Shown in pieces: positions 7,950-16,854 of a stretch of DNA of 64,000 nt (the first letter of the stretch is position 1; the number at the start of each line of letters is the position of its first letter). The position numbers and the translations under genes were made by a program. The stretch is taken from the NCBI GenBank assembly GCA_938082505.1, contig CALLLH010000024.1, positions 13,983 through 77,982 on the forward strand, read 5' to 3'. The notes beneath the pieces are model-generated. The model was not told where the DNA came from. It was given only the letters and a program-made list of their open reading frames with translations, and made no database searches. This DNA comes from an uncultured Flavobacteriales bacterium (GTDB lineage: Bacteria; Bacteroidota; Bacteroidia; Flavobacteriales_D; Sanyastnellaceae).

Positions 7950-10900
7950 ATGCGAATATTCTGGACCGGATTCATCTTCATCGCCGTATTGCCCCTTTCA
8001 GCCCAGACGGTGGGCTCCAGTCTTTCTGGGCCCCGTGCCTTGCTCACGGCCAAGTACGCGGCATCCCCCTCATCAGTTCCAGCCCCACCATGGGTGCCTC
8101 CAGCGGAACGAACCGCGACTTTCGAGGTGAACTACACGGGTTTTTCTCCCGAGGCCCAGACCGCATTCCAGTACGCCGTCGACATTTGGTCAGGTCTGAT
8201 TGAGAGTGATGTGCCCATCGTGGTGAGCGCCGTGTGGGAGGATCTTCCGGGCAACGTCCTGGGCTCGGCCGGTGCCTCCGGTTTGTGGTACAATTTCCCG
8301 GGGGCCTCCACCGGGGGCGTTTTGTACCCATCGCCTCTTGCCGACAAGTTGTCTGGTTCCAACCTCGCCCCAGGCGAAGCGGACATTGTGGCCAATTTCG
8401 ACAGTGGCACGAACTGGTATTTCGGACTGGACGGTGCCCCTTCTTTTTCCCAATTCGATCTGGTGTCCGTGGTGTTGCATGAGATCGGGCATGGACTGGG
8501 CTTCTCGGGGACGGCGCAGGTTGGAGAAGATTCCAATGGATATTTCCTCAACAGCCCACTTCTGGGCATCTATGACAATTTCGTGGTCGACGGTGACGGT
8601 AACTTGTTGATGATGATGGACAGTGGGTCCGCCATGCTGGGAGCCGCGCTGGTCTCGGAGAACCTATTCTGGAATGGTCCGAATGCTGGGGCTTTCAGCG
8701 GGCCTTTCCCTCCCAAGTTGCACGCGCCGCTTTTCTGGGAGCCGGGTTCCAGTTTCGCGCACTTCGACGAGGACCTCTATTTGGCAGGTTCGGATGCCTC
8801 CTTGATGACCCCGCAAATAGGCAACGGTGAATCCATTCACACGCCAGGTGCCATGTGCCTCGGTCTGCTCGAGGACATTGGCTGGACCGTGGATTATGCC
8901 GCCCTCGGCTCCGGCACGCCGGGTTGCACGGACCCGGCGGCATGCAATTTCGATTCCGAAGCGACCCTCTCCGATGGGAGCTGTTTCTATCCGGTGGCCG
9001 GCGAGCCCTGCGGGGATTGCGCCTCCGTGTGGAACATGTCCGTGAATCTCGCGGCACAGGAGGGGGTGGAGTTCACCTTTGGAGGTGTGGGCTCCGTTCA
9101 AACCGTCGATGTGTCGGTCCAATGGCCGGGCGCAGCAAATGATGAGTGGGTCTCCGACCTGCTCGTGGTCATTTGCGACCCGAATGGCGGTTGTTTTGAA
9201 TGGGGTGGTTTCGACCAGACAGCGGGTCTGCCGGATGCCGGTGTCACATGGCCTGGGTCGTGGGACAACGGCAGCGGGGGGTCCTACTCGGCGACGCTGG
9301 ACCTCTCAGGACTGGGACTGTCGGGATTGGGCACATGGTCGGTTTTTCTCTACAACGGATATGGATCATCCAGTGGGTTGAATCTTCCGGACGTCACCTT
9401 CACGGTGCCCTTCGTCTGTCCGTTGGCCGATTTGACGCCCGGGTGTGTGGATTCCGTTGCCTGCAATTTCGATTCGGCCGCAGAATATGACGACGGCAGT
9501 TGCGCGTACCTGTCCTGCATCAATTGCACTTCCACCCAATTGATGGAGACGTTTCAGGGGTACGGCACTTCAGAGCCCTTGACCGTGCAGTCCGACGCGG
9601 GATGGGAGACGTGGAGCGGAACGCCGGGTTCCACGGAAGATCCATACGTTGTCATGGACGGGGCCGATGCGTCAGCATACATGGTCTCATCCGATGTGGA
9701 CCCTTCTCAGGCGAATGACCTCTATTTCCCGATTGGGGCGACCACCGGTACGCATATGGTCCAGTTCTCGCTCGAGGCGCAGATGGGATACACGGCCTAC
9801 TACAATTTCCAGGGCGCGATCCAGCCTGGTGTGGATTGGGCCCTGGAGGCCTACATTTTCACCGATGGGACCATCGGATTCTACTGGGATGGAGACAGCA
9901 CTGCCGTGACGGGGTTTCAATTCGGTCAGGACAATTTCTTGACCCATCTGTTCGACCTCGACAACGATGAACTGCGCATCTTGTTGGGCGGGCAGCTCAT
10001 CGCCCTGCTGCCCTTTGATGAAGACCTTGGGGGGGTCAATTTCTATCCGGTTTCGTTTGCAGGGGGATTGGGCGCCTTTCTGCTGGACGACGTGACGGTC
10101 TGCACCAGCACCGCCCTGCCCGTGGGCTGCATGGACGAGGCGGCATGCAATTATGACCCAGCCGCGGTCGAGGATGATGGGTCGTGCTGGACCCCCTCGG
10201 ATTATGGGTGGTGCGACTGTCAGGGAAATACCGAGGATGCGTTGGGGAATTGTGGCGGGAATTGTGAGGAGGACCTGGACGGTGATGGCCTGTGTGACGA
10301 TGTGGACCCCTGCATTGGCGGTGTGCCCGATGACTGCGGGGTGTGCGATGGACCGGGTGCCGTATTCGAATGCGGCTGCAACGACATTCCCACAGGTGAC
10401 TGTGATTGCTTCGGCAATCAATTGGACGCTGTGGGAGTTTGCGGAGGAGATTGCGCTGCTGATGTCGACGGGGACGGCGTTTGTGATGCACCTGGATGCA
10501 CCGATCCGGAGGCCTGCAATTTTGAGGCCACGGCGAACATCGATGACGGTTCGTGCACCTATGCGGAGCCGTACTACGATTGTGCTGGAGCATGCCTGAA
10601 TGACCTTGATGGAGACGGCGTTTGCGACGAGCTGGAATTGGAGGGGTGCACGGATGAGGCGGCGTGCAATTTCAATCCTGAAGCGACGGAGGAGGACGGA
10701 GCCTGTGCATACCTGTTGATGGAGGAAATCGATGGCGACGACACGGTCAGTGAGGGCGATACCCAGCTCTATGTCGCCATGCCGTCAGCTCCGGACAACA
10801 GCTATACCTGGGCTGTGACGGGGGGAGAGATACAGGACGGCCAAGGCACCGCAATCGTGACTGTGGAATGGACCACTCCCGGCAGCCAGGGCATCCAGGC

Positions 10901-11216
10901 GGTCGAGACGAATCCCGCGTGCAATGGCGGCGTGGTGGGGCTCGATGTCGAGGTCCAGCCGATGACAGGAGTCGGTCAGTTCGCGCCTCCTTCGAATTGG
11001 ACCCCTTCACCCAACCCCGCCAGAGCCTCATTCCGCCTCGGCAATGGAGCCGATCTTGTCAGGGTGTTGATTCCCAATGGGGCCGAAGTGAGGCGGTGGA
11101 GCGGAATCACTCCGGACCAGACCCTCGTTCTCGGTAATCTTGCGCCCGGGTTGTACCTGGTGGAGCGGGTCTCCGCGGGTCTCCGCGAGGTCAAGCCCCT
11201 GGTGGTGTTGCCCTGA
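7950..11216 (+). CDS. large secreted zinc metalloprotease-like protein with repeated Cys motifs, Ca-binding-like DxDGDG motifs and T9SS C-terminal domain
   Basis: 1088 aa with signal peptide MRIFWTGFIFIAVLPLSAQ. Zincin motif VVLHEIGHGLGFSG plus Met-turn-like SLMTPQ. Five CxDxxACN motifs and three DxDGDGxCD motifs. Tail SPNPARASFRL...GLYLVERV...KPLVVLP. Confidence 0.8.
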   Translation: MRIFWTGFIFIAVLPLSAQTVGSSLSGPRALLTAKYAASPSSVPAPPWVPPAERTATFEVNYTGFSPEAQTAFQYAVDIWSGLIESDVPIVVSAVWEDLPGNVLGSAGASGLWYNFPGASTGGVLYPSPLADKLSGSNLAPGEADIVANFDSGTNWYFGLDGAPSFSQFDLVSVVLHEIGHGLGFSGTAQVGEDSNGYFLNSPLLGIYDNFVVDGDGNLLMMMDSGSAMLGAALVSENLFWNGPNAGAFSGPFPPKLHAPLFWEPGSSFAHFDEDLYLAGSDASLMTPQIGNGESIHTPGAMCLGLLEDIGWTVDYAALGSGTPGCTDPAACNFDSEATLSDGSCFYPVAGEPCGDCASVWNMSVNLAAQEGVEFTFGGVGSVQTVDVSVQWPGAANDEWVSDLLVVICDPNGGCFEWGGFDQTAGLPDAGVTWPGSWDNGSGGSYSATLDLSGLGLSGLGTWSVFLYNGYGSSSGLNLPDVTFTVPFVCPLADLTPGCVDSVACNFDSAAEYDDGSCAYLSCINCTSTQLMETFQGYGTSEPLTVQSDAGWETWSGTPGSTEDPYVVMDGADASAYMVSSDVDPSQANDLYFPIGATTGTHMVQFSLEAQMGYTAYYNFQGAIQPGVDWALEAYIFTDGTIGFYWDGDSTAVTGFQFGQDNFLTHLFDLDNDELRILLGGQLIALLPFDEDLGGVNFYPVSFAGGLGAFLLDDVTVCTSTALPVGCMDEAACNYDPAAVEDDGSCWTPSDYGWCDCQGNTEDALGNCGGNCEEDLDGDGLCDDVDPCIGGVPDDCGVCDGPGAVFECGCNDIPTGDCDCFGNQLDAVGVCGGDCAADVDGDGVCDAPGCTDPEACNFEATANIDDGSCTYAEPYYDCAGACLNDLDGDGVCDELELEGCTDEAACNFNPEATEEDGACAYLLMEEIDGDDTVSEGDTQLYVAMPSAPDNSYTWAVTGGEIQDGQGTAIVTVEWTTPGSQGIQAVETNPACNGGVVGLDVEVQPMTGVGQFAPPSNWTPSPNPARASFRLGNGADLVRVLIPNGAEVRRWSGITPDQTLVLGNLAPGLYLVERVSAGLREVKPLVVLP
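8921..10712 (+). repeat. five dispersed copies of a ~24-aa Cys motif G-C-x-D-x2-A-C-N-[FY]-x3-A-x3-D-G-[SA]-C inside the zincin gene
   Basis: Copies lie at about 8921-8992, 9438-9512, 10121-10190, 10491-10563 and 10641-10712. The DNA core GCnTGCAATTT/A recurs in each copy. Confidence 0.8.
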
Positions 11217-11269
11217 GTTTCGGGTGCTCCGGCAATTTGGGACAGCCGCTCCGCGCGTAATTTGGCCGC

Positions 11270-13555
11270 ATGAACCTGCATTGGAATCCCGCCCCAACGG
11301 TCATGGCCCTCGGGCTGCTTCTCGTTTCTGGGGTAACCCGGGCACAGACGGACATTCCACCATTTGGCCCCGTATTCCTGCAGGATGAAATCGCTACGTT
11401 GGAAGTCACCATGGATGCGGACAGCCTGTATGCCATGCTGTTTGGCGACGTGGACTATGCGGCGAGCAATCCTTTTCCATCATCGATCCATTACATCTCG
11501 TCCGTCATCGATACCGTGATCGATACGACGGCCATCCGACTCCGGGGCAACACCTCCCTCGCCGCACCCAAGAAGAGTTTCAAGATTGACCTCAACGCGT
11601 TCATCCCTGGGCAAAAGTTTGCCGACCTCGAGAAGCTCAACCTCAACGCCAACCAGAACGACCCCTCCATCCTGCGCGCCGCACTGAGCTGGAACATCCT
11701 GCGCCGCATGGGCCTAGCAGGGTCGAGGACGAGCCTCGTCAAATTGATGCTCAACGGCCAGTACATGGGACTGTACGTCAACACGGAGCACATGGATGAG
11801 GAGTTCGTCGAAGAGTATTACGACCGCGACGGCGGGAATTTCTACAAGTGCCTCTGGCCGGCCACCCTCGATTACATCAGTGAAGAGCCTGACGACTACA
11901 AGTTCGAGGTCAACGGCCGCCGGGCCTATGAGCTCAAAACGAACACCGATGAGGATGACTATACGGACATCGCCACATTCATCAGTGTCCTCAACAATGC
12001 GGCCGAGGGTGATTTCCCCTGCGCGATCGAGGAGGAATTCAACGTGGCCGACTTCCTCAAGGTGATGGCCTTGGATGTCGTCAGCGCCAATTGGGACGGC
12101 TATGCGGGCAACAAGAACAACTTCTACCTCTACCACAACCCTCAGACCGGCCTGTTCGAGTATATCGCCTATGACCTGGACAACACCTGGGGCATTGATT
12201 GGCTCAACCTGGATTGGGCGGATCGGGATCCTTACCTCTGGTCCACCGAGTATCGGCCGTTGTACGACCGCTTGATGGACGTTCCCGAATACCGGAATTG
12301 GTATACCCATTACCTGAGGAAGGTGGCGTCGGAATACGCCCACCCCGACAGTGTCGAGGCCTATTTGGTCCCCCGTCACGACATGATGGGGCCCTTGGTC
12401 GAGACGGATGCCTACTACCCATTGAGCTTCGGTTTCACGACGGGTGATTTCGAAGCCTCGCTGGAAGAAGCGTGGGGCGGACATGTGGAATACGGCATCC
12501 TGCCCTGGTTGGAGACGCGGTTGGCTTCGCTGGAGGGACAATTGGATCCGGAAGCGCCGGTTCTCATTGCGCATGAGGTGGAGGACAATGCGCCCGTGCT
12601 GGATTCCCTTCGGGTCCGGGCCATCGTGGATGGGGGCGGGGATGCCGTTGAAGTCACCTGCTGGATCGACCCGGGTTCCGGTCCCCAGCCATTCACCATG
12701 TATGACGACGGCGAGCACGGAGACCGGAAAGCAGGGGATGGTACCTGGGGCATCAAGGTGCCCATCCAGTGGAATTGGACCACGGTGACCTACCATGTTC
12801 AGGCCACGAGCGATGCCGGCCTTGAACGCTGGTTGCCCTGTTCACCCGTTTTGGTCACGGTGGGCCTGTCTCCTTCTGACTTGGTCATCAATGAGTTGAT
12901 GAGTTCCAATGCCAACAACGTATCGGACAATTTCGGTGAGTTCGATGATTGGGTGGAGTTGTTCAACGCGGGATCGGTTCCGGTGGCCCTTGGGGGCAAG
13001 TACCTGACCGACAACCTGAGCAATCCGTCCAAATACGCCTTGCCGGCGGGCACCTTGTCCGCAGGGGATTGGGCGTTCTATTGGCTCGACAACGACCCCG
13101 AGCAGGGCCCGCTGCACGCCCCATTCACGCTGTCGTCATCCGGAGATGAAATCGCGCTGTTCGAGTGGGATGGGGCCGGAGAGGTCTGGATCCTCCTCGA
13201 TTTCTTTCCTTTCGGCACCTCCGAACAGGACGCCTCGCTCGGACGCTACCCGGATGGAGCGGACTATTGGGTGTGGTTCGCCACGCCCACGGCAGATGCC
13301 ACGAACAACTATGCCATCATCCTCGGGGAGGATGCGGCACCGGCACCGTCTGTGCGGTCCTTTGGTCCCAATCCTTCTTCCGACCACATCCGATGGAATG
13401 GCCTGTCTGCTGCGGGGACCCTGCACGATGCACAGGGCCGATTGAGGGTGACCTTTCCCAAGGCGCGCGGGCTGGGCAGGGGCAACCTCGAGGCCGGTGT
13501 CTACCTGCTGACATTGGAGGATGGCAGCCGCTGCAGGTGGGTCGTAGCCGACTGA
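11270..13555 (+). CDS. CotH-family (atypical kinase-like) protein fused to a lamin-tail domain and a T9SS C-terminal domain
   Basis: 761 aa with a signal peptide. CotH blocks IRLRGNTS, KKSFKIDLN, LNLNANQNDPSILRAALSWNILRRMG and LNGQYMGLYVNTEHMDEEF. LTD block LVINELMSSNANNVSDNFGEFDDWVELFNAG. Tail FGPNPSSDHIRW...GVYLLTLEDG. Confidence 0.85.
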   Translation: MNLHWNPAPTVMALGLLLVSGVTRAQTDIPPFGPVFLQDEIATLEVTMDADSLYAMLFGDVDYAASNPFPSSIHYISSVIDTVIDTTAIRLRGNTSLAAPKKSFKIDLNAFIPGQKFADLEKLNLNANQNDPSILRAALSWNILRRMGLAGSRTSLVKLMLNGQYMGLYVNTEHMDEEFVEEYYDRDGGNFYKCLWPATLDYISEEPDDYKFEVNGRRAYELKTNTDEDDYTDIATFISVLNNAAEGDFPCAIEEEFNVADFLKVMALDVVSANWDGYAGNKNNFYLYHNPQTGLFEYIAYDLDNTWGIDWLNLDWADRDPYLWSTEYRPLYDRLMDVPEYRNWYTHYLRKVASEYAHPDSVEAYLVPRHDMMGPLVETDAYYPLSFGFTTGDFEASLEEAWGGHVEYGILPWLETRLASLEGQLDPEAPVLIAHEVEDNAPVLDSLRVRAIVDGGGDAVEVTCWIDPGSGPQPFTMYDDGEHGDRKAGDGTWGIKVPIQWNWTTVTYHVQATSDAGLERWLPCSPVLVTVGLSPSDLVINELMSSNANNVSDNFGEFDDWVELFNAGSVPVALGGKYLTDNLSNPSKYALPAGTLSAGDWAFYWLDNDPEQGPLHAPFTLSSSGDEIALFEWDGAGEVWILLDFFPFGTSEQDASLGRYPDGADYWVWFATPTADATNNYAIILGEDAAPAPSVRSFGPNPSSDHIRWNGLSAAGTLHDAQGRLRVTFPKARGLGRGNLEAGVYLLTLEDGSRCRWVVAD

Positions 13556-13579
13556 ATCCCGCTGCACGTTCTTTGCACC

Positions 13580-14326
13580 ATGGACACCGATGGTGGCATC
13601 CGGATCAACAAGTACCTGAGCGAGGTGGGCCATTGCTCCCGCCGCGCTGCGGACAAGCTGCTGGAGCTGGGGAGAATCACATTGAACGGTGTCGTGCCGG
13701 AATTGGGCACCAAGGTGATGCCCGGTGACGTGGTCGAGGTGGACGGCAAGGCCGTGGGAACACCCACCCCCCAGGAGGACCATGTCTACATCGCCTATCA
13801 CAAGCCCGTGGGCATCGTCTGCACGACCGATCGAAAGCGGGAGCGTGACAACATCATCGATGCCATTGGGCACGAACGCAGGATATTTCCCGTGGGCCGT
13901 CTCGACAAGCCCAGTGAGGGCTTGATTTTTTTGACCAGTGATGGCGACATCGTGAACAAGATCCTGCGCGCCAGAAATCACCACGAAAAGGAATACCACG
14001 TCACCTTGGACCGTCCCATTCGGGGCAGTTTCATTGAAGACATGTCCGGCGGTGTTCCCATTCTGGGAACCGTGACCCGAAGGTGTGAGGTGGAACAGAC
14101 AGGCCCCCGTCATTTCCGCATCGTGCTGACCCAAGGGTTGAACAGACAGATCCGCCGCATGTGCGAGCACCTGGGTTATCAGGTGGCGAGGTTGAAGCGG
14201 GTGCGCATCATGCACATGCATCTCGACCTCGAGAGGGGGGAGTGGAGGGACTTTTCCCAAGAGGAACTCGCCGAATTGAGCCGCTTGGTGGGCACTTCGA
14301 GCAAGACGACCGATGAATCCGAGTGA
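13580..14326 (+). CDS. rluF: 23S rRNA pseudouridine synthase, RsuA/RluF family
   Basis: S4 domain IRINKYLSEVGHCSRRAADKLLELGRITLNG and catalytic-Asp motif GRLDKPSEGLIFLTSDG. Confidence 0.85.
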   Translation: MDTDGGIRINKYLSEVGHCSRRAADKLLELGRITLNGVVPELGTKVMPGDVVEVDGKAVGTPTPQEDHVYIAYHKPVGIVCTTDRKRERDNIIDAIGHERRIFPVGRLDKPSEGLIFLTSDGDIVNKILRARNHHEKEYHVTLDRPIRGSFIEDMSGGVPILGTVTRRCEVEQTGPRHFRIVLTQGLNRQIRRMCEHLGYQVARLKRVRIMHMHLDLERGEWRDFSQEELAELSRLVGTSSKTTDESE

Positions 14327-15539
14327 ACGCCCCGTCGTGATCGGTGGTGGGGCAGCCGGACTGGCGGCGTGCCTGACGCTCGAAAAGGCGGGCTTCTCAC
14401 CTTTGCTTCTGGAAGGGGCCGATCGTTTGGGGGGCCGTCTCCGGACCGACCAGTTGCCGGATGGCACTCCGGTGGATGTGGGGTTCCAGGTGCTCCTTAC
14501 GGCCTATCCGGAGCTGCAACGATGGGTGGATTTGGAGGTTTTGGATTCCGTGGCTTTCGTCCCGGGCGCCATGATCCACAAAGGAGGGCGGTGGCGCACA
14601 CTGGCCGATCCGCGGCGCATGCCGGCGAGCATAGGGGCCACCCTCTGCAGCGGCATCGGCACTTGGCGCGACCGGATCGGCATCTTGCGCCTGGTCCAAC
14701 AGTCCATGAGGGGCACTCCGGAGTCCCTGCTGGACGCCGCTGATGAAGTCAGCACATCAGAATTCCTCGCTGCCCGAGGGTTTTCAGCAGCTTTTGTCCG
14801 CGATTTCCTCCGCCCTTTCTTTTCCGGCATATTCCTCGATGCCGCGCTGTCTCCCCCCGCGGCACAGTTTCTCTACACCTTGAGGATGATGGCCACAGGA
14901 AAGGTCATCATACCGGTCGGAGGAATGGCTGCACTGGTCGGGGCCCTTGAGGGGCGTTTGCGCACCACGGAAGTGCGCCTGGGCGCGGAGGTTCAGTACG
15001 TTCAGGAGCATGCCCTGAGGCTGGCGGACGGGACCGAGATGAAAACGGGGGCCATCATCGATACCGTGCCGAGGACGGAAGGCATCCCTTGGAACGCTTG
15101 TTTCAATGCCGTGTTCCATTGCGAAGCCCCGCCCTTTGGCCAGCCGATCATCGGCCTTCTTCCCGAAGCACGGCATGTCACAAACCTGCACTTCATGGAG
15201 GACGTGGAGCCTTCAGGGGGCAAGGGCAAACTCAACGTCACGGCCTTGTTGCGGGATGCCCAGGGGGTGGAGGCCGCATCCATGGAGTCCGCGGTGCGGG
15301 AGGATTTGCTTCAGGTGGGAGTCGATGTGGGCCCACTGATGTGGTCTGTCACCATTCCCCGGGCATTGCCGAGGATGCACTCCGTTTGCTCTTCCATGCG
15401 GAATCCCAGGATTGGATCGGGCATGTATGTCGCAGGAGACCACACGGCCGCGCCGTCGCTGGACGCGGCATTGCGCTCGGGAAGAGTGGCAGCGGAAGCG
15501 TTGATTGTCGATTCTGGACGCGCCAAAGCCAATGGGTGA
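14313..15539 (+). CDS. NAD(P)/FAD-dependent oxidoreductase (amine-oxidase / desaturase-like)
   Basis: Dinucleotide-binding motif VIGGGAAGLAACLTLEKAG...LLEGADRLGGR. It overlaps rluF by 14 nt. Confidence 0.75.
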   Translation: MNPSERPVVIGGGAAGLAACLTLEKAGFSPLLLEGADRLGGRLRTDQLPDGTPVDVGFQVLLTAYPELQRWVDLEVLDSVAFVPGAMIHKGGRWRTLADPRRMPASIGATLCSGIGTWRDRIGILRLVQQSMRGTPESLLDAADEVSTSEFLAARGFSAAFVRDFLRPFFSGIFLDAALSPPAAQFLYTLRMMATGKVIIPVGGMAALVGALEGRLRTTEVRLGAEVQYVQEHALRLADGTEMKTGAIIDTVPRTEGIPWNACFNAVFHCEAPPFGQPIIGLLPEARHVTNLHFMEDVEPSGGKGKLNVTALLRDAQGVEAASMESAVREDLLQVGVDVGPLMWSVTIPRALPRMHSVCSSMRNPRIGSGMYVAGDHTAAPSLDAALRSGRVAAEALIVDSGRAKANG

Positions 15540-16158
15540 GAAACGACCACATTGGGCCGAATGGTGGTCATCAGGACGGCCTGGTGCATACAGAGGTCGA
15601 GCGTTTGATGATGCCATGGCCGAATGGTCCGGGCAGGGCGGTCACAGTGGTCCATCACCTTCCCTCAAGTTGGCAGGATATACCGCCCTCAATGCAGTCC
15701 GGATGAGGAGGGTGGCCAAGACTTATTCCATATCGGAAACGATGCGGAATTTCCTTGATTCCGGGGCCTGCAAAACGCAGCACTGGGTGATCATCACAGA
15801 AAGTTGGTGTGGTGACGGTGCCCACATCACCCCGATCATCCAGCAGCTTGCAGAATGCGCCGGCGTGCCCCTGGATTGGATGTTGCGCGACACAGGCACC
15901 CCCATCATCGATGATTTCCTCACGGGTGGTGGGCGATCGATCCCCATCTGGATCGTCGCAGACAAGGGGGGCAGAGTAAAGGGGCACTGGGGCCCCAGAC
16001 CGAGCACGGCAACGGACATGGTGTCGGAATACCGGCAGGCTCCTGAGCCCAAGGTGGACTACGCGACCTATTCCGCCCGATTGCAATTGTGGTACTCACG
16101 CAACAAGGGACGGGAGTTTGAACAGGAGGCACTTCGGATGCTGCAGGAAATTCAATGA
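15532..16158 (+). CDS. thioredoxin-fold family protein
   Basis: Block WVIITESWCGDGAHITPIIQQL. ATG 15532 overlaps the upstream stop (ATGGGTGA). The track start 15505 is TTG. Confidence 0.65.
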   Translation: MGEKRPHWAEWWSSGRPGAYRGRAFDDAMAEWSGQGGHSGPSPSLKLAGYTALNAVRMRRVAKTYSISETMRNFLDSGACKTQHWVIITESWCGDGAHITPIIQQLAECAGVPLDWMLRDTGTPIIDDFLTGGGRSIPIWIVADKGGRVKGHWGPRPSTATDMVSEYRQAPEPKVDYATYSARLQLWYSRNKGREFEQEALRMLQEIQ

Positions 16159-16225
16159 CCTGCCAGGGTTGAATCCTGGCCTCTTCTGTTATTTTCCCCG
16201 TGCTTCAATATTTCGTGAAGCATCA

Positions 16226-16681
16226 ATGAAAATCACCATGAGAAAGTTTGTTTTCCTGGGCTTGATTGCCCTTGCCGCCGCAATGGATGTGGCCGCACAA
16301 GAGTACAAGGTCGTGACCGTCGTCGAGAGCATCGTGCCCGGTGGAATGGGCCGCTCACGTGTCATCGAAGCCACAGAGCGGGCCGACAGCGAATCGGCCA
16401 CCACTGAACGCACGGATGGCAAGAAGAGTGGTCAAGGCGATGTCAAACGTGGAGACCAGAAAATAGGATCGTTCAATGAAACGAAGCTCCTGAACTTTTT
16501 CAGTGGTGTTGGAATCAACTTCCAGAACATCGCTTCCAATGACGCCCTGATTGCCGATCGGATCAACAATTTGGTGGCCGATGGGTGGAGTCTTGAATTT
16601 GTCGTCTCCGGAGTCGAGAGCGATGCAGGAAAGCAGGATGGCCAAGGCCTGTACATTACTCGCCTGATTTTCAAAAAGTAA
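16226..16681 (+). CDS. hypothetical secreted protein
   Basis: 151 aa from ATG 16226 with signal peptide MKITMRKFVFLGLIALAAAMDVAAQ. The C-terminal end LVADGWSLEFVVSGVES..GLYITRLIFKK looks DUF4177-like, but this is unverified. Confidence 0.6.
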   Translation: MKITMRKFVFLGLIALAAAMDVAAQEYKVVTVVESIVPGGMGRSRVIEATERADSESATTERTDGKKSGQGDVKRGDQKIGSFNETKLLNFFSGVGINFQNIASNDALIADRINNLVADGWSLEFVVSGVESDAGKQDGQGLYITRLIFKK

Positions 16682-16735
16682 GAGCGCGTGCAAAAAGGGC
16701 GCAAACGTGTTGTCACGTTTTATTGTCGCGTGCCC

Positions 16736-16743
16736 TATCTTTG
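16736..16743 (+). promoter_or_regulatory. candidate -7 box TAtcTTTG in the 173-nt intergenic region
   Basis: tatctttg matches TAnnTTTG. A possible -33 TTG at 16710-16712 has long spacing (23 nt). Confidence 0.25.
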
Positions 16744-16791
16744 TGACAGCTATCGCTAGGAATGGCGATTGGCAAGTAGATTGTTAGGAAG

Positions 16792-16820
16792 GAAGGGCGC
16801 GAAGGCGCCCTTCTCTTTTC
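16792..16820 (+). terminator. rho-independent-type hairpin
   Basis: Stem gaagggcgc, loop gaag, stem gcgcccttc (9-bp perfect stem), followed by tcttttcc. Confidence 0.6.
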
Positions 16821-16854
16821 CCGGAGTTTCGAGGATTCCACCGAAATTGCGCCC

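Noticed and set aside
10036-10593. 185-aa His/Pro/Arg-rich minus-strand ORF and neighbours (9687..10421) inside the zincin gene
   Set aside because: They are antisense translations of the Cys/Asp-rich repeat region. Their composition is typical of a shadow frame.
13136-14467. 443-aa minus-strand ORF spanning the CotH 3' end, rluF and the oxidoreductase 5' end
   Set aside because: It crosses three well-supported plus-strand genes and an intergenic gap and has no motifs.
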